Assembly: GCF_009834535.1 (NCBI RefSeq)
Contig: NC_045697.1
Location: 8,558,001 to 8,622,000 of the forward strand
Direction of reading: 5' to 3'
Source of the DNA: Camelus ferus
Lineage: Eukaryota
Length of the DNA stretch: 64,000 nucleotides
Part shown: positions 1-12,408 of the stretch, in pieces
Numbering within the stretch: position 1 is the first letter of the stretch
Layout: each line of letters opens with the position of its first letter
Program-made: the position numbers and the translations under genes
Notes under the pieces: generated by a model
The model's input: the letters and a program-made list of their open reading frames with translations, nothing else
The model's database searches: none
Told to the model about the DNA's origin: nothing

Positions 1-1884
1 GGATAAACCAGCTCCAATTAGGAAAGGCCATCAGCTCAGGGGTGACGAATCGTGAAAAGAATTTAATGAAGGTAAGAACTACCGTGAAAATGCAGCCCTA
101 AGCTGAGTCTGGAAGCTTGAAATGGACATTTGGGAGAAGGGAGAGCAGTCCTAGGAAGAGGAGCAGCAAACGCAAAGATTGGAGGTGGGAAAATGTAATG
201 GGTGTTAGAGGACAAAGAAGAGGTCCATCTGGCTGCAGCCAAGTTAGACTGAGTGATGGAGAGCTGAGGAGGTCTAATCGGAAGTCTATCTGGTAGGAGG
301 GCTGTTTTTGATGGTTAGTTGGGTGTCATGGGCTATTTTTGCTTTGGTGAATGACGTGAAGATAACAGGATGGCCTGGAGGAAAAAGGAACTGAGGGAAG
401 AAGAATTTTTAGAAGTCTTGTAAATAACCAGGCTCAAGGGAACGGACAAGATTTGTAACAGAGGCCATAAAAATAACAAACTGCACGTGTTCCGGGGTGA
501 AAGCCTTAAAAGCTCTTGGGGATGGGCTATAAGGAAAGAACAGGGGAAAAGAGTCCTAAGACAAAAGCCTCCCGCTCTTGGGCATTGCAAATAAGTCTGT
601 TAGCGTTGCCGGAATAATCAGTACCGTTAAGATCCTAAATAAGGATTTTACACTTCCATTACACTTCATTACCTCAAATGTCTTCACATCCGTTAATCAT
701 TTGATTTTTATAATTACCTTGAGAGACAATAAAGGGCACATACCACTATCTCTATTTTAAAGATGGAGAAACTGTATCCCAAAGAGCTTATCTGGATTCC
801 CAAGATCACACAGTTAGTGATGGGCCTGAACTCCGCAGATCTTTCCCGTGTTAGCCAGGATTCTCACATTATCCCACAGGCCATACCTCAAGTATCACCA
901 TTCTCTACTAATGACCCATCAATTTGCTGATTAAAATTATTCCAAGAATTGAATTAGCTCAATATTTCAGGGAGAAAGCCCATTAGGAAGGTCACTGTGG
1001 CTTGGTGTAAGTTTGTTTAGTAAATATTTTTCTTATTTGGAGGTTTTAATTTTAAGTATGTGGTCTACTCTTTTTGTATGATTATTTGCTCAAAAAAATT
1101 TTTAGTCAGCAACACACCTCATAAAAATTTAATATGCTTCAGAGCTCTCTTTACCGTTTGAAAAAAGCACAAATCAGGCATTCTTGCATTTTGAAGGTGG
1201 CACCCTTATGACTGGGCTCTCTCTGAGGAAGGTGCTTCCCAAGTTTGCAGTGAAATTGCTCTTTTTTAAGAGAAAATTACACTCAGATGGAGAGTTGTCT
1301 TGGACAGCACTTCCACTCACTGAGTCTGAACATCAGCCACTCAGATGTGTCATGATTTTCCAGGTCACCTGCACACTTCTCTCCTTAATCTTGAAAAGGC
1401 TCTGCTCGCTAATGTATCTTTGGCTTTCAGGGCAGGAAGAGGATGGCTCAGCTATCAAACAGCCCTGGGTTTGAGTTGCAGCTCTGGCTCTCCTGTGACA
1501 CACAACCTTGAACAAATTAACTCACCTCCCTGAACATCATTTTCTCACCTGTCCCATGACGTGGTTAAGCTTCATATCACAGGGTTATTGCATGGATGTC
1601 AGAGAGGCAACTTGAGAGCACTGAGTTTGAAGTCAGTCTTCATTGATTATTTATTACTTAAGAGCCTCTGAAAGATAAGGTTTGCCAAGAGAGCAATCTG
1701 TGGGTTCCTAGCTTCACTTACGTGGAGAATTAGCACTTAGAACTCCCAGCCATTCTCTTTTACCAAGTCCAGAGATTTATACCCATGGGCCCTTACCTGG
1801 TCATATTCTACAATCAACTGCTTTGAGCAAGAAGTTGTTAAAATGTATTCATAGTTGGAGAGAAAAAGCCCTGGCTTTAATTCC

Positions 1885-2730
1885 TTCCATCAAATAATAT
1901 TTATTGAACATTTACTATGTGCTAGCCATTGTTATGGGCATATTGAGGATAAAGAAAGACAATGGATAAAATTCTTGATCTACCAGGGTTTACCTTCTGT
2001 TGAAGGAGACAGGCAAGGGTAGACAAGCAAGTAAACAAGAAGCTGTATTTGACAGAGATTGGTCTAATACAGAACATTAACAGAGTGCTGTGAGAATGTG
2101 GGGCGCTCCGTTAGATAGGCCGAAGAAGGTCTTTCTGAGGAAGTGACATTTAATCTGGGAATCAAATGATTAGAAGGCCCAGCCCACGTGAGAATTAAAA
2201 GAAAGAGCAAAGGCCATTAAATGGAAATCAGCTTGGGATTCTCATGCGATGGAGAGCACCAGGGTGGCTGGCAGGAGAGTGTGGCGGGAGTCCTAGGATG
2301 AGGATAGGTTGTTTATGGATAAGGGTGAGGAAGGAAGAGACCAGATCACACAGTGCTTCACAGACCAGGGGAGAGAGGCAGGATTTTGTTCTAAGAGGAA
2401 CTGAGTTCATTAGAGGATATTAAACAAGGAAGGGTCATGCCTAGTTTTTTCAAAGTGCACTCAGTTTCAGTCTGCTCTTCGTAGGGCAAGGACAGGAGCA
2501 GGACATCTCTTTGGATGTATTGTGGCGGTCCAGAAAAGCAAAAGGGCTGTAGACAATGAAGGTCATGGTGGAGATGGAGAAAACTGAACACATTCAAAAT
2601 ATATGTTGGAAGCTGAATTGACAAGGTATAGGGGGTGAGCATGATAAAGAGAGAAACTGAGACTATCCCTAGAATGTTGGTTTGGTTAAGTCGGTGAATT
2701 GTGGTGTTGTTCACTGAGAAGGGGAAGTAG
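1885..2730 (-). mobile_element. L2 LINE 3' fragment
   Basis: Reverse-complement L2 tail (aatatttattgaacatttactatgtgc...) followed by a typical L2 3' body. Confidence 0.75.
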
Positions 2731-3541
2731 GAAGGAAGGAAGGAAAGGGAGAGGAAGAAACAACATTATTAAGAGACGGAAGCTCAGGGAGGGAGTCAGG
2801 ACCTGATCTATACATGCAGGAGCCTTCATCTGTCTATCCTCAGGGCTGAGTACCATGCCTTACACAGCCCTGGGACCTCAGTAACTCGAGTTCATGTGAT
2901 GGGGAGACGAGAGCATGATCTTAAAAGTCCAGACCTGTTGCTTTACTCACAAGCCTCTTAATTTCTCTGAGCTTCAATTTCCTGTCCTGAAACATTGGAA
3001 TAAGAAGACTTATTTTGCCTATTTCATGGAATGTTGTATCAAAATTAGGTATGTATGAAAAAAGTACTTTGCAACTGTAAGCCACTGGGGAAACAGTACG
3101 TTTTACAGAAAGGAGTATGACCTCATGTTAGAAGGTAAGTTGCATGACATTAAGGACTCAGTCTATCTTATTCATTGTCTCCAGCACCTAAAATGGAGGT
3201 TCTCAATAAATACACTGTTAAGTGAATGAAAGAATAATAACAGATTCTCATGGAATGGAGAGCTAGAGGCCATGAACACTAGAGATCCCCCATAATGTTA
3301 TCATATAATTAGTTTGACACACATTTGCCTGCTTCATAGTCCAGGAACCCATTTTATTCATCTTTTTAGGACCACTGAAGTCCAGCACACAGTAGGTGTG
3401 CAGTGAGAGTCCAGTGAATCAAGTTCTCGGCAAACCAGACTGAGCCACCAGCCACTAACATACAAGGACTGTGCTTCACCAGAAGACCACATCGGTCAGC
3501 ACCCTTGGACACCTCCTGCTTCCTGGGACCTGCAAACTTAC

Positions 3542-3614
3542 CATTTCCTCTCTCAAACCCGGTGCAAAGTGTGCCGAAGAGAAAAAGGAACACAGGAAGC
3601 CCTGGGGTCAACAT
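3542..3614 (-). CDS. Candidate first coding exon segment encoding a signal-peptide-like N-terminus (MLTPGLPVFLFLFGTLCTGFERGN-G); exon 3641-3542
   Basis: Minus strand: pyrimidine tract and acceptor ...ctcactccgctttcctag| at 3642; in-frame upstream stops; GGTGCCATGT Kozak context; 73 coding nt with a hydrophobic core; donor ATG|GTAAGT (phase 1). No homologue recognised. Confidence 0.35.
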
Positions 3615-4269
3615 GGCACCGCCTATAGAGAGCTAATGTCACTAGGAAAGCGGAGTGAGGACGTGGGAACAAAATGATCCCACCTCTTAGGTCTGACTTG
3701 TTCATTAACCTGTATCCAGTGCTTGCACATAGCTTGTCCTCAGAAGACAGCTGTTGCAATGAATGAACAATACATTCATGAATACATATTAAGACACACT
3801 TGGAGAGATTATAAAGCAGAATTCATATTTTTAAAAAGATAGTCAGGATTCTTAAGAAGGATTTCAAGTTTGAGGTTCATCACATCCAGCTACACCCCCT
3901 GAATTCCATTGGGTACAAGGGGCCTACGTATTCTCTGCACTTTGAGTGACCTTAAAGATAGGAGATGCAAAATGGAAAGTTCCAAATGCAGGTGCTACCT
4001 GGGGGCTGCAGTCAGTGCCTAGTCTCTCCAAGCATCATCTACAGCCCCTCTTACCTTTACATTTAGGGAATTCACCCTCTCAAATGTAAGCCCTATAACT
4101 CAGTGTTCAGCATGGTGAGAAAAAAGTGGGTCATCCTACAGGGTTCCAAAGATAGTTTACTTGTCTGGAGCTGATAAATTCTGAACATGTCTCCTGCTTT
4201 AATATGGGGAACTTCCTCCTATGTGACTCAATGTTATATTAGAAAATTTATGTATATAGATGAAGATAT

Positions 4270-4480
4270 ATAGTTATATTGGAAAATTCCTTATGTCATA
4301 CTGCATCCTGGAATATTTAGGGGTGACATGTCCTGATGTCTATACTTTAATTAAGCAGAGAAAAAAGAAAGTAAATATGGAAAACTGACAATTACTGCTA
4401 ATCTAGATGAGGGAAATATGGGTGTGTATTGTATTATTTTTAGTTTTCCATATATTTGAAATTTTTCATGATAAGAATAG
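4270..4480 (+). mobile_element. Old L1 (L1MC/L1ME-type) 3' end fragment
   Basis: gaatatttaggggtgacatgtcctgatgtc...tatttgaaatttttcatgataag resembles an L1M 3' UTR. Confidence 0.6.
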
Positions 4481-4607
4481 AAATAAATCAAAGCCTCGTA
4501 AGTGAGGAATATCTATCTGGGAAGACTGTTTGAGAGTATTAAATGAGGTACTTATCACAGAGGCATAATGGATGTCAGGGAACATTAATTCCACTAACTC
4601 CTGAGTT

Positions 4608-5105
4608 TGTAATAGGGAAGAAAAGATTTGACTCCACTTTAGATCTGTTCCTTTAGTTGTAACCCTGGGCTCTGTTTCCTGGGCTCAGTCATACTGATTC
4701 TGTACCTTTTGTAAAAGAATGTTGCCTAGAGCCTGAAATACACAGGCTAGACAGCCCATTCTCAAGGCTCTGACCTTTAAGGTTTTAACACTTCTCCATT
4801 CATACAGAGATAAAAAGTTACAGAACAGAGAATAACATTTGTCTTGTCGGAGGTTTACAGGAACATCATGACCTGGGCAGCTGCAAAAACAAAGGACTCT
4901 GACACCAAGAAGTTTGCAACAAACAACCACACCCCATCTCCTTTTAGTATAAAAGGAGCCTAAATGCTGCTGGGGGTAAGATGATTCTCCAGGATATTAG
5001 TCTGCCATCTTCTTGGTTTGCTGATTTTCTGAATAAAGCTGCTACTGCTTGCCCCGACACTTTGTTCCCTATTTATTGGCCTGTCACGAGTTTGGACTCA
5101 TAACA
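4608..5105 (+). mobile_element. ERV1-type solo LTR (MER41-like), 498 bp
   Basis: TG...CA termini; perfect 4-bp TSD AGTT (4604-4607 and 5106-5109); TATAAAA at 4948-4954; AATAAA at 5032-5037. Confidence 0.85.
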
Positions 5106-7464
5106 AGTTCACATATAGGCACACACTCTTAGCAACTTCTCCTTTGAAAACAAACTGAAACCTCCACTTTTGGGCAACATGATAAATCACATAACTTAAT
5201 CCTATTTCGTAGCTTCGTATGGGAGTTTTGTATCCCAAGATCTCTTGGGCACAAAGACCATGACATACGCAATGATGGGCCATCGGAGGAGAGTTTTCTA
5301 TTGACTATTTCTTTCTAAAAAGAAGGATGAGGCAGAAATAAAAGCAAGCTGCACCTTTGAGAGATGTGAGTGCGTCCCCACTCTTGCACTAACAAGAGCA
5401 TGAACTTGACAACTGATTGACATTGTGGAGCCTCAGTTTTCATAGCTGCATGACAGGATCCCTGTGCTGCCCACAGTGATGTTCCAAGGGTTAAGGAAGA
5501 GCTCATGCGCAAAGGGGCTAACACGTACCGCACGAGGTAAGCAGGAGCAATGTTAACTGCCTCCCACCAACCCCCCGCAAAAAGGCACAAAGACCAAGCA
5601 AAGGCTCTGATCGGGGTGCCTGATTAAAAAGTTGGGATTTAGGCAGTGAGTGATGATTTGTACACTGATCGTTGGTTAGCATCAATTATTTTGCTCTGTT
5701 TATTTATTGGTTTTCTTTTAATTAACATGCTCTAAGGAGAAAATGAGAAAAGACAAGAAAAGCTTATATCAACAAACAAGCCACTTTTAGAACATGTCCT
5801 GGAAGCAGGACTCAGTCAAGCCAGAAGTGACACCCTGCCCAGTGAGCAAGACAGGCCTTGGGTCCTCACTGAACAGTCAAGAAACCGAGCCATCAGCTGG
5901 CCAGAGATGGGGAGAGCCAGGCCAAGGCCTGGGCAGTGGGGGTGGACCTGAATGCAGTGGCTGCTCTGCTGTGAACAAGAGGTGCTTGTTGCAGAGGCGG
6001 GAAGAAGAGACAGGACAGGAGAAGAGAGCATCTCCTTTCCTCAACTCCAGCCCCCAAGTGGCAAAGCCACACAAGGAGGACATTCCGAGAGTGCAGATGT
6101 GGGCAGGACGGTGTGTTAAATGCACAGGGTAGCTGATTCACTGGGACAGGAGTTCAAGTATCAACAGTCCTCGGAAGGCCCACAGCAGAGCAGCGAGGCC
6201 TCCCTGGGAACTGTGAACACTGAAACAGACCGACCATAAGTAAGACCCAGGGACTGGGACAAAGGGACTGGAGCACTGAGATGCTGCTTCTCAGAGAGGC
6301 GGGGCAGAGTGGACTTTTTATGGCTGATCTGTGGGTAAGAGATGCCCATATATGGTCCCAAGGATGGGGGTAGGGGTGACAGCCTTCTGGGATGCTCAAC
6401 TCACATACCAGCTCTGCTTTCTGTAGAGGAAAGATGCTTCTGACGGGTGTGTGTTCCTGCAGACCTGCTGCGTGTGCTGAGAGCAGGGAGGCGCCCAGGC
6501 CCCATGGGCGAGGCTTCCTCCAGAACTGTCGGGAGGTGTCTACAAGGACCTGAAGAAACATCCTTGTCCCTGAACCTGGAGGTGAGCCCAGGTGAGTGAG
6601 CACTTAACCTCCATCTGGCACGTCTGACCCTCACAGGGGCACTCGCTCATTCATTCACTCACTCATCCTTACCACAGACATCCACTGAGCTTTACTCCCT
6701 GCCAGACACTACACTCAGCCCCAGGGAATTTGAATGTTGTAGCTGATCTGCACGCAATCATTCCTTCATTCATTCATTTGTTCATCCAGTGGACATTACT
6801 GAGCATTGCTCTACAGAGTAAGTTTTAGAATTGCAGCAGTGAGCAAGACAGACCTCCTCCCTGACCTCACTGATAGTCTAATGGTTGGAGGGTATTCAGA
6901 GAGTCGGGTGATCTCAGTTTAAAGCCCCTGGACAGGTAGCTTGAGCCTCAGTTTCCTCACCTGTAAAATGGGCATCATCCTATTTCTCTCCCAGAGTCAC
7001 TGTGAGGTTCAGAAATAAAAGATGTGAAAACTTCACTCCAGTCTTCATGGGTTGGTAAGTACTCTTGGGGAGAGAGGTTTTGTAACTTCCCCCTGAGCTA
7101 TTTACCGACAGACAAAGAGGTCTCCAAAAAGCTGTATCAAGTTACTTGCTCAGAAGTGGGGGATGGGGAATTTCATAAAGAGACCACTGTGAATGCAGTG
7201 ACTTATTGAGTGTAGAAGACTGTTGGAGCAGGGCAGAAATCACTTCCATTTATGTTCAAAGAGCATTTTGTGGTTTACAAAGGCGTTTTTGTAATACGTA
7301 GAGCGCTTTGTTAAGAGTTAGCCTTGCTCAGGTAGAGCGCAGTGACGGGGCAGAAGCTGGTTACCTGGTTTGCCTACCCTGGAGGCAAGAAAGTTAATTC
7401 CAATATCTGGTTCAAATCTTGATACCTGATAGACTTCAGGAATACACTGAGAATAACTGAATCT

Positions 7465-7590
7465 AAACTACGAGAAAAAGAATGATATGCAGATCTCTAC
7501 ACACGTGACATGAACCGATGCCCAGGCTACAAACCCTGCCCGTGAGTTCTCGAACTTTCTCGACCAAAATGCGTGCCCATTGGTAATATC
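7465..7590 (-). promoter_or_regulatory. Promoter/enhancer-like patch: heat-shock element, CCAAT box and GTCACGTG E-box
   Basis: TTC-tc-GAA-ct-TTC-tc-GAC at 7547-7564; ATTGG at 7579-7583; CACGTGAC at 7502-7509; about 7 CpGs in about 110 bp in a CpG-poor background. Confidence 0.45.
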
Positions 7591-8089
7591 TCTTTTGCAG
7601 GTAGTAATTTTCAGTTGGTTGAGAAAGGGGAGAAAGGGGCAGAGAGAGGATGTAATAAGGGAAAAGTTCATTAAAATCTGCCAGAACACAGCAGTTGTTT
7701 AACAAAGTCTTCTTGACACTGATGCTCCCCACCTCAATTTGAGAATCACCGCAGGACAGAGAAGAGATGACATGAGCCTGGTGTCTCTGACTGGATCCTG
7801 CTCAGTGTACCACCCTGACACCGCATCAGTCTCTATGCCCTCACTGTCCCATGATAAACTGTGCTTAACCCAACCTGCATTGGAACAGACATTTCCTCAC
7901 TCTGGGACTGAACTGTCTAATTGGTAAGAATTCTCGTCTCTTTGTCTGGAATTGTTTAGCTTTTTTTTTTTTTTTGGCCCTTTTTTGGGTATTTTTATTA
8001 TTCTTTAATACATTAAACGCATTCATTCCTTCCTTCATAAATTGAACTGATTTTTTAAGCACCTATAATTTAACAACTGTTGTTTTAAG

Positions 8090-8288
8090 ATTTTTTACTA
8101 TTATTTTTTCGTTTAAGCATAGTTGATTTACAACACTGTGCTAGTTTCAGGGTATGGCAAAGTGATTCAGATACATATATTATTTTATTATTTTTCAGAG
8201 CTTTCCCATTATAGGTCAAGATATTGAATATAGCTCCCTGTGCTATACAGTAGGTCCTTGTTGTTTATTTTACATACAGTAGTGTGTT
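8090..8288 (-). mobile_element. 5'-truncated artiodactyl-type L1 3' UTR fragment
   Basis: Reverse complement of the 3' UTR seen at 43.6-43.8 kb (atattgaatatagctccctgtgctatacagtaggtccttgttg). Confidence 0.85.
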
Positions 8289-9095
8289 CGCTGTATTTTT
8301 GTGGTTCTCACCATTCCTTTCCTGATGGCCACAGTGCAGCTCCCTGCCATGCCAAAACTTGGGGACACCTGTCACCTTTCTCTAGACACCCTGTAAGTGT
8401 GCCTGCTGCAGATGTCTGTGACTGAGGGTGACTTCTGACTTTTTCATCTCCGCAGTATAGCAGTGGGAAGCATAATAGAGATCACCTGATTTTCAGCACT
8501 AACAGAAAATTCTGCCCCACTGGGGACATGGCAACAACTCTCAGTTATTATCTGTACTCCAAAAAAAAAAAAAAAAAGAAAGAAAGAAAGGTGCTCTTCT
8601 CCAGCTGAGGTAGCCTGTGTCTTTCTTGTTGACCATTTTCTGCTAACTTACGTGTGGACTAACCCCCTCCCCAGCCAATACCACATTTGAGCCTCAAGTA
8701 CATAGATCTATATCAGTTTTAAAAACATTTTACAGAAACAGAATAGGGGGTTCTTGTCCTTCATTTCATCTAGCACAAAGCTGACTAAGCACCTCTGGTC
8801 AACCACCCAGCTTCTTTTTGAGAAGCTGTCATAGGCCTCTCTGACCTTCAGTCTCTTGATCTGTCACCCAGATGCTTGCTCTCTCCTCATCCACAGAGAC
8901 TGTTTCTGCTTTGACTTTGGCTACAACTCCATGCAGAAGTCAGCTCTGTGCTAGTTTCCACAAGAAATCCAATCACAGCAGAAGTTCATGACCTTTTAGT
9001 GATTGTATCTGAAAGTTGGTGGAGTCCTGGGAAGAAGGTCAGCTCATGCCATCACAGCAGATTCCACTATGGAGCCCAGCTTCTCCAAGGTTCCA

Positions 9096-9928
9096 TCATC
9101 ACCTCACACCAGAATGGCCAACAATAAAAAGTGCACAAATGATAAATGCTGGAGACGGTGTGGAGAAAAGGAAACCCTCCTACGCTGCTGGTGGGAATGC
9201 AGTTTGGTGCAGCCATTATGGAAAACAGTATGGAGATTCCTCAAAAGACTGAAAATGGATTTACCATATGATCCAGTAATCCCACTCCTGGGCATATATC
9301 CAGAGGGAATCTCAATTCAAAAAGATACACGCACCCTAATGTTCATAGCAGCACTATATATAGTAGCCAAGACATGGAAACAATCTAAATGTCCATCGAC
9401 AGATGACTGGATAAAGAAGTTGTAATATATTTATACAATGGAATACTACTCAGCCATAAAAAAGAAAAAATGATGCCATTTGCAGCAACATGGATAGACC
9501 TGGAGATCATCATTCTAAGTGAAGTAAGCCAGAAAGAGAAAAATACCATATGATATCACTTATATGTGGAATCTAAAAAAAAAAAAAAAGACAAATGAAC
9601 TTAGACATAAAATAGAAACAGACTCACAGACATAGAAAACAAACTTATGGTCACCAGTGGGGGAAGGGAGTGGGAAGGGATAAACTGGGAGTTTGAGATT
9701 TTCAGATACTAGCTACTATATATAAAATAGATAAACAATAAGTTCCTACTGTATAGCACAGGGAACTATATTCAATATATAGTAGTAACTTATGCTGAAA
9801 AAGACTATGAAAATGAATATATGTACATCCATGTATGACTGAAGCATTACGCTGTACACCGGAAATTGACTCAACATTATAAACTGACTATACTTCAATA
9901 AAAAATATATACACATTAAAAAAAAAAA
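9096..9928 (+). mobile_element. 5'-truncated L1: ORF2p C-terminal Cys-rich region (disrupted), 3' UTR and poly(A)
   Basis: Translation [54 protein letters not shown]...MFIAAL..AKTWKQ.KCPS.D.WIKK is the L1 ORF2p C-terminus; premature TAA at 9423-9425; AATAAA and A-tail at about 9897-9928. Confidence 0.95.
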
Positions 9929-11911
9929 TTTTCTCTCCACCTCACCACCTCCCCTCTCCCATGCAACCCCACTGGCCTCCCCCTGCACACAAGCCCCCTC
10001 TTCTACAGCTCACTTCACAGGACACAGGGACCTTCTCCTTTCTTCCTGAGAGCATCTCCAGCCCGGACATCCTTCCCAGGCCTCGTCTAAAGGTTTCTCC
10101 AGACAAAGATAATCCCTTCTAGAAGGAAGAGTTGAGGACACAAGTCTCTCCTCCTCTACAAGAAGAATGCAAAGAGTAAATGTAATCACATGTCCCTCCT
10201 CCACTCCAGGTTCTGATGAGGGCCAAATGAAGGGGAGGGTGCAAGCACTTTTTTGTAAAATGTAAAATATTAATCAAATGTGAGGGGTGATGGTGGTGGT
10301 GACAGCAGTCATGTGACATTAGAGACGGGAGGACTGACTAGTCCAGTGCTTTTCATACATTTCCAGCAATAGTGGACAATAAGAAACATACGTATTTCAC
10401 ATCTAGACCCAGCGCATACATCCCACCCCCACCACACACACACACAACTGAAACAAAGATTTCACAAAGCGATGTCTACCTTACTGTGTGTAATCTACTC
10501 TTACGTTTTTTACTCTTCCCTTCTATTGCATTTTAAAATGCTAGTTGTGGCCCACAAGATTTCTTTCAAAACCCACCCAGTGAGTCACCAGCCTTACTTA
10601 AAAGAGCCTTGATGTAGTCCCAGTCTAATTCTTTAAAGATGACGAAAACAAGGCCCACTTATTTTTTTGTAAACAAACATCTACTGCCCACTTACACACT
10701 CACACAGTGTGCTGACCTTGGGGAATGACAAGTCTGTGTTCACCCTGAGGACTTCGCCGTCTAGCAAACGGCGGGTGAAGAGGCACGTCTGGGCGATGAC
10801 AGGTCAAGTTCACATCATTCCAGGGCAAGGACTGGAGCTAATACTGCCAATTGGTTTCTATTTTTTTTAACTGCTTGCCTGTAGTTTTGAAAAATAGCAA
10901 TGCTTTTAATTGTGTTTTTAAATATTTCCATTTGCAACAACTGTTGATGAAAAAAATAAAATTTTCTTATAAATGTTCATGACTTTCGCTCTGTGTATAC
11001 AAATCAGCCAGAGCCTGGGGTCAAAGCGGAGCAGCATAAGAGGGAATAGTAGGCCTTCAGGAGCCAAAAAATACACATTCTGTTTTTTATAGCATTTTAT
11101 AGCTTAAAGTACACTTCACATAACATTGTGTATTTCATTTCAATATTCACAATCATCCCATTGTTTTATTGTTCCCATTTTATGGGTAGAAAGCTGAGGC
11201 ACAGCAGTGACTCACCTAGGGTCACTCAGTCAGCAAAGGGCAGGAATAATAAATCTTCAATGGGTTGTCATGGGAGATAAGGAGGCAGCATAGGTTAGAC
11301 CTGGGTCTCTCTTGAGGCAACAGTTATGAAATGTCATAATCCCTGATAAATTCATCAATTTCAAGTCATTATAAAAATCATCTATTTGCTTCAGTATGTC
11401 ATGAATGCCCCACATAAACTTCGCTTTACCACCCCTTTCCTGGCAGGGACTTCTATTCCAGCAGTGGATGTGAGGAAGCAGTGCTCCAAGGCCACTCCCA
11501 GCCTTAAGTCTCAGTCAAAAAGAGCCTCAGGACAGAAGCCAACGTGGCACTGACTCGCAGTCTCCACTCCCAGAGTGGGTTTCCTTCTCCAAACTGTTTA
11601 TTTATTTCTAGAAATTCTCACCAGGCTAATAACCAAAAACTGACATTTGTCTAAAAGAGCTCAGACTGGGAGAAAATGCAAAGCCCCTGAAATGACAGTT
11701 GTGTGAACTTTAGCGAGGGGATTTTAAACCCCACTTGCAAATCAGAGCCAGAGGTCATTGTGAGAAACAGACAGGAGGCAAATTCAACTATAGTTGATCT
11801 CTGCAAGGCCTAGATCCTTGCAGAAAAAAAATATAAATAAATAGAACATGTACTTCCATTCGTTAGGCTTACAGAATTTTCCTCCTAAATTTCCTTTGTC
11901 TATCATTAGCA

Positions 11912-11915
<4 letters not shown>

Positions 11916-11943
<28 letters not shown>
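11916..11943. repeat. (CA)14 microsatellite
   Basis: Direct read. Confidence 0.95.
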
Positions 11944-12408
11944 GTCACATACAAGCAGTACAAGCAGAATTTGAGATGCACTTCAGCAAGAATAGTTGAC
12001 ACGTTTACAAAGTAGTTTATAAAGGTTGTCTCAAGCCCATTAACCTGTAAATTGCTTCCCATGTCGAGGGAGCTCTAAAAGTCACTGTGAAAATATTAAC
12101 CGAAGGATTATATGTCATTTTTAGACGTCAAACATTTTCAGCACAGAATAGAAAAGATGGCTGAAAAGCCAGGCAAAAGCTGAATCAAAAACTATTTTAT
12201 GAGGCACACTAAGGAAATTACCCTGTAGGAACTAAGGGACCATTGAAGAATTGTAACAATGGTAGTTGCATGACCCCATTTGCATTATGAAAGATTGCCC
12301 TTGCAGCCGAGGAAGAATGGGCCAGAAGACAGCAAGACTGGGCACCGGCCGGCCAGTTGGGCAGATACTGTAACAGTTCAACAATAAATGATGATTGTCC
12401 AGAGAAGG

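Noticed and set aside
5650..5730. C/D-box snoRNA (GTGATGA box C)
   Set aside because: No terminal CTGA box D at a suitable distance and no terminal stem.
9003..9425. 140-aa ORF with clear protein homology
   Set aside because: It is the L1 ORF2p C-terminal remnant with a premature stop and a non-ATG start outside the element; not a host gene.
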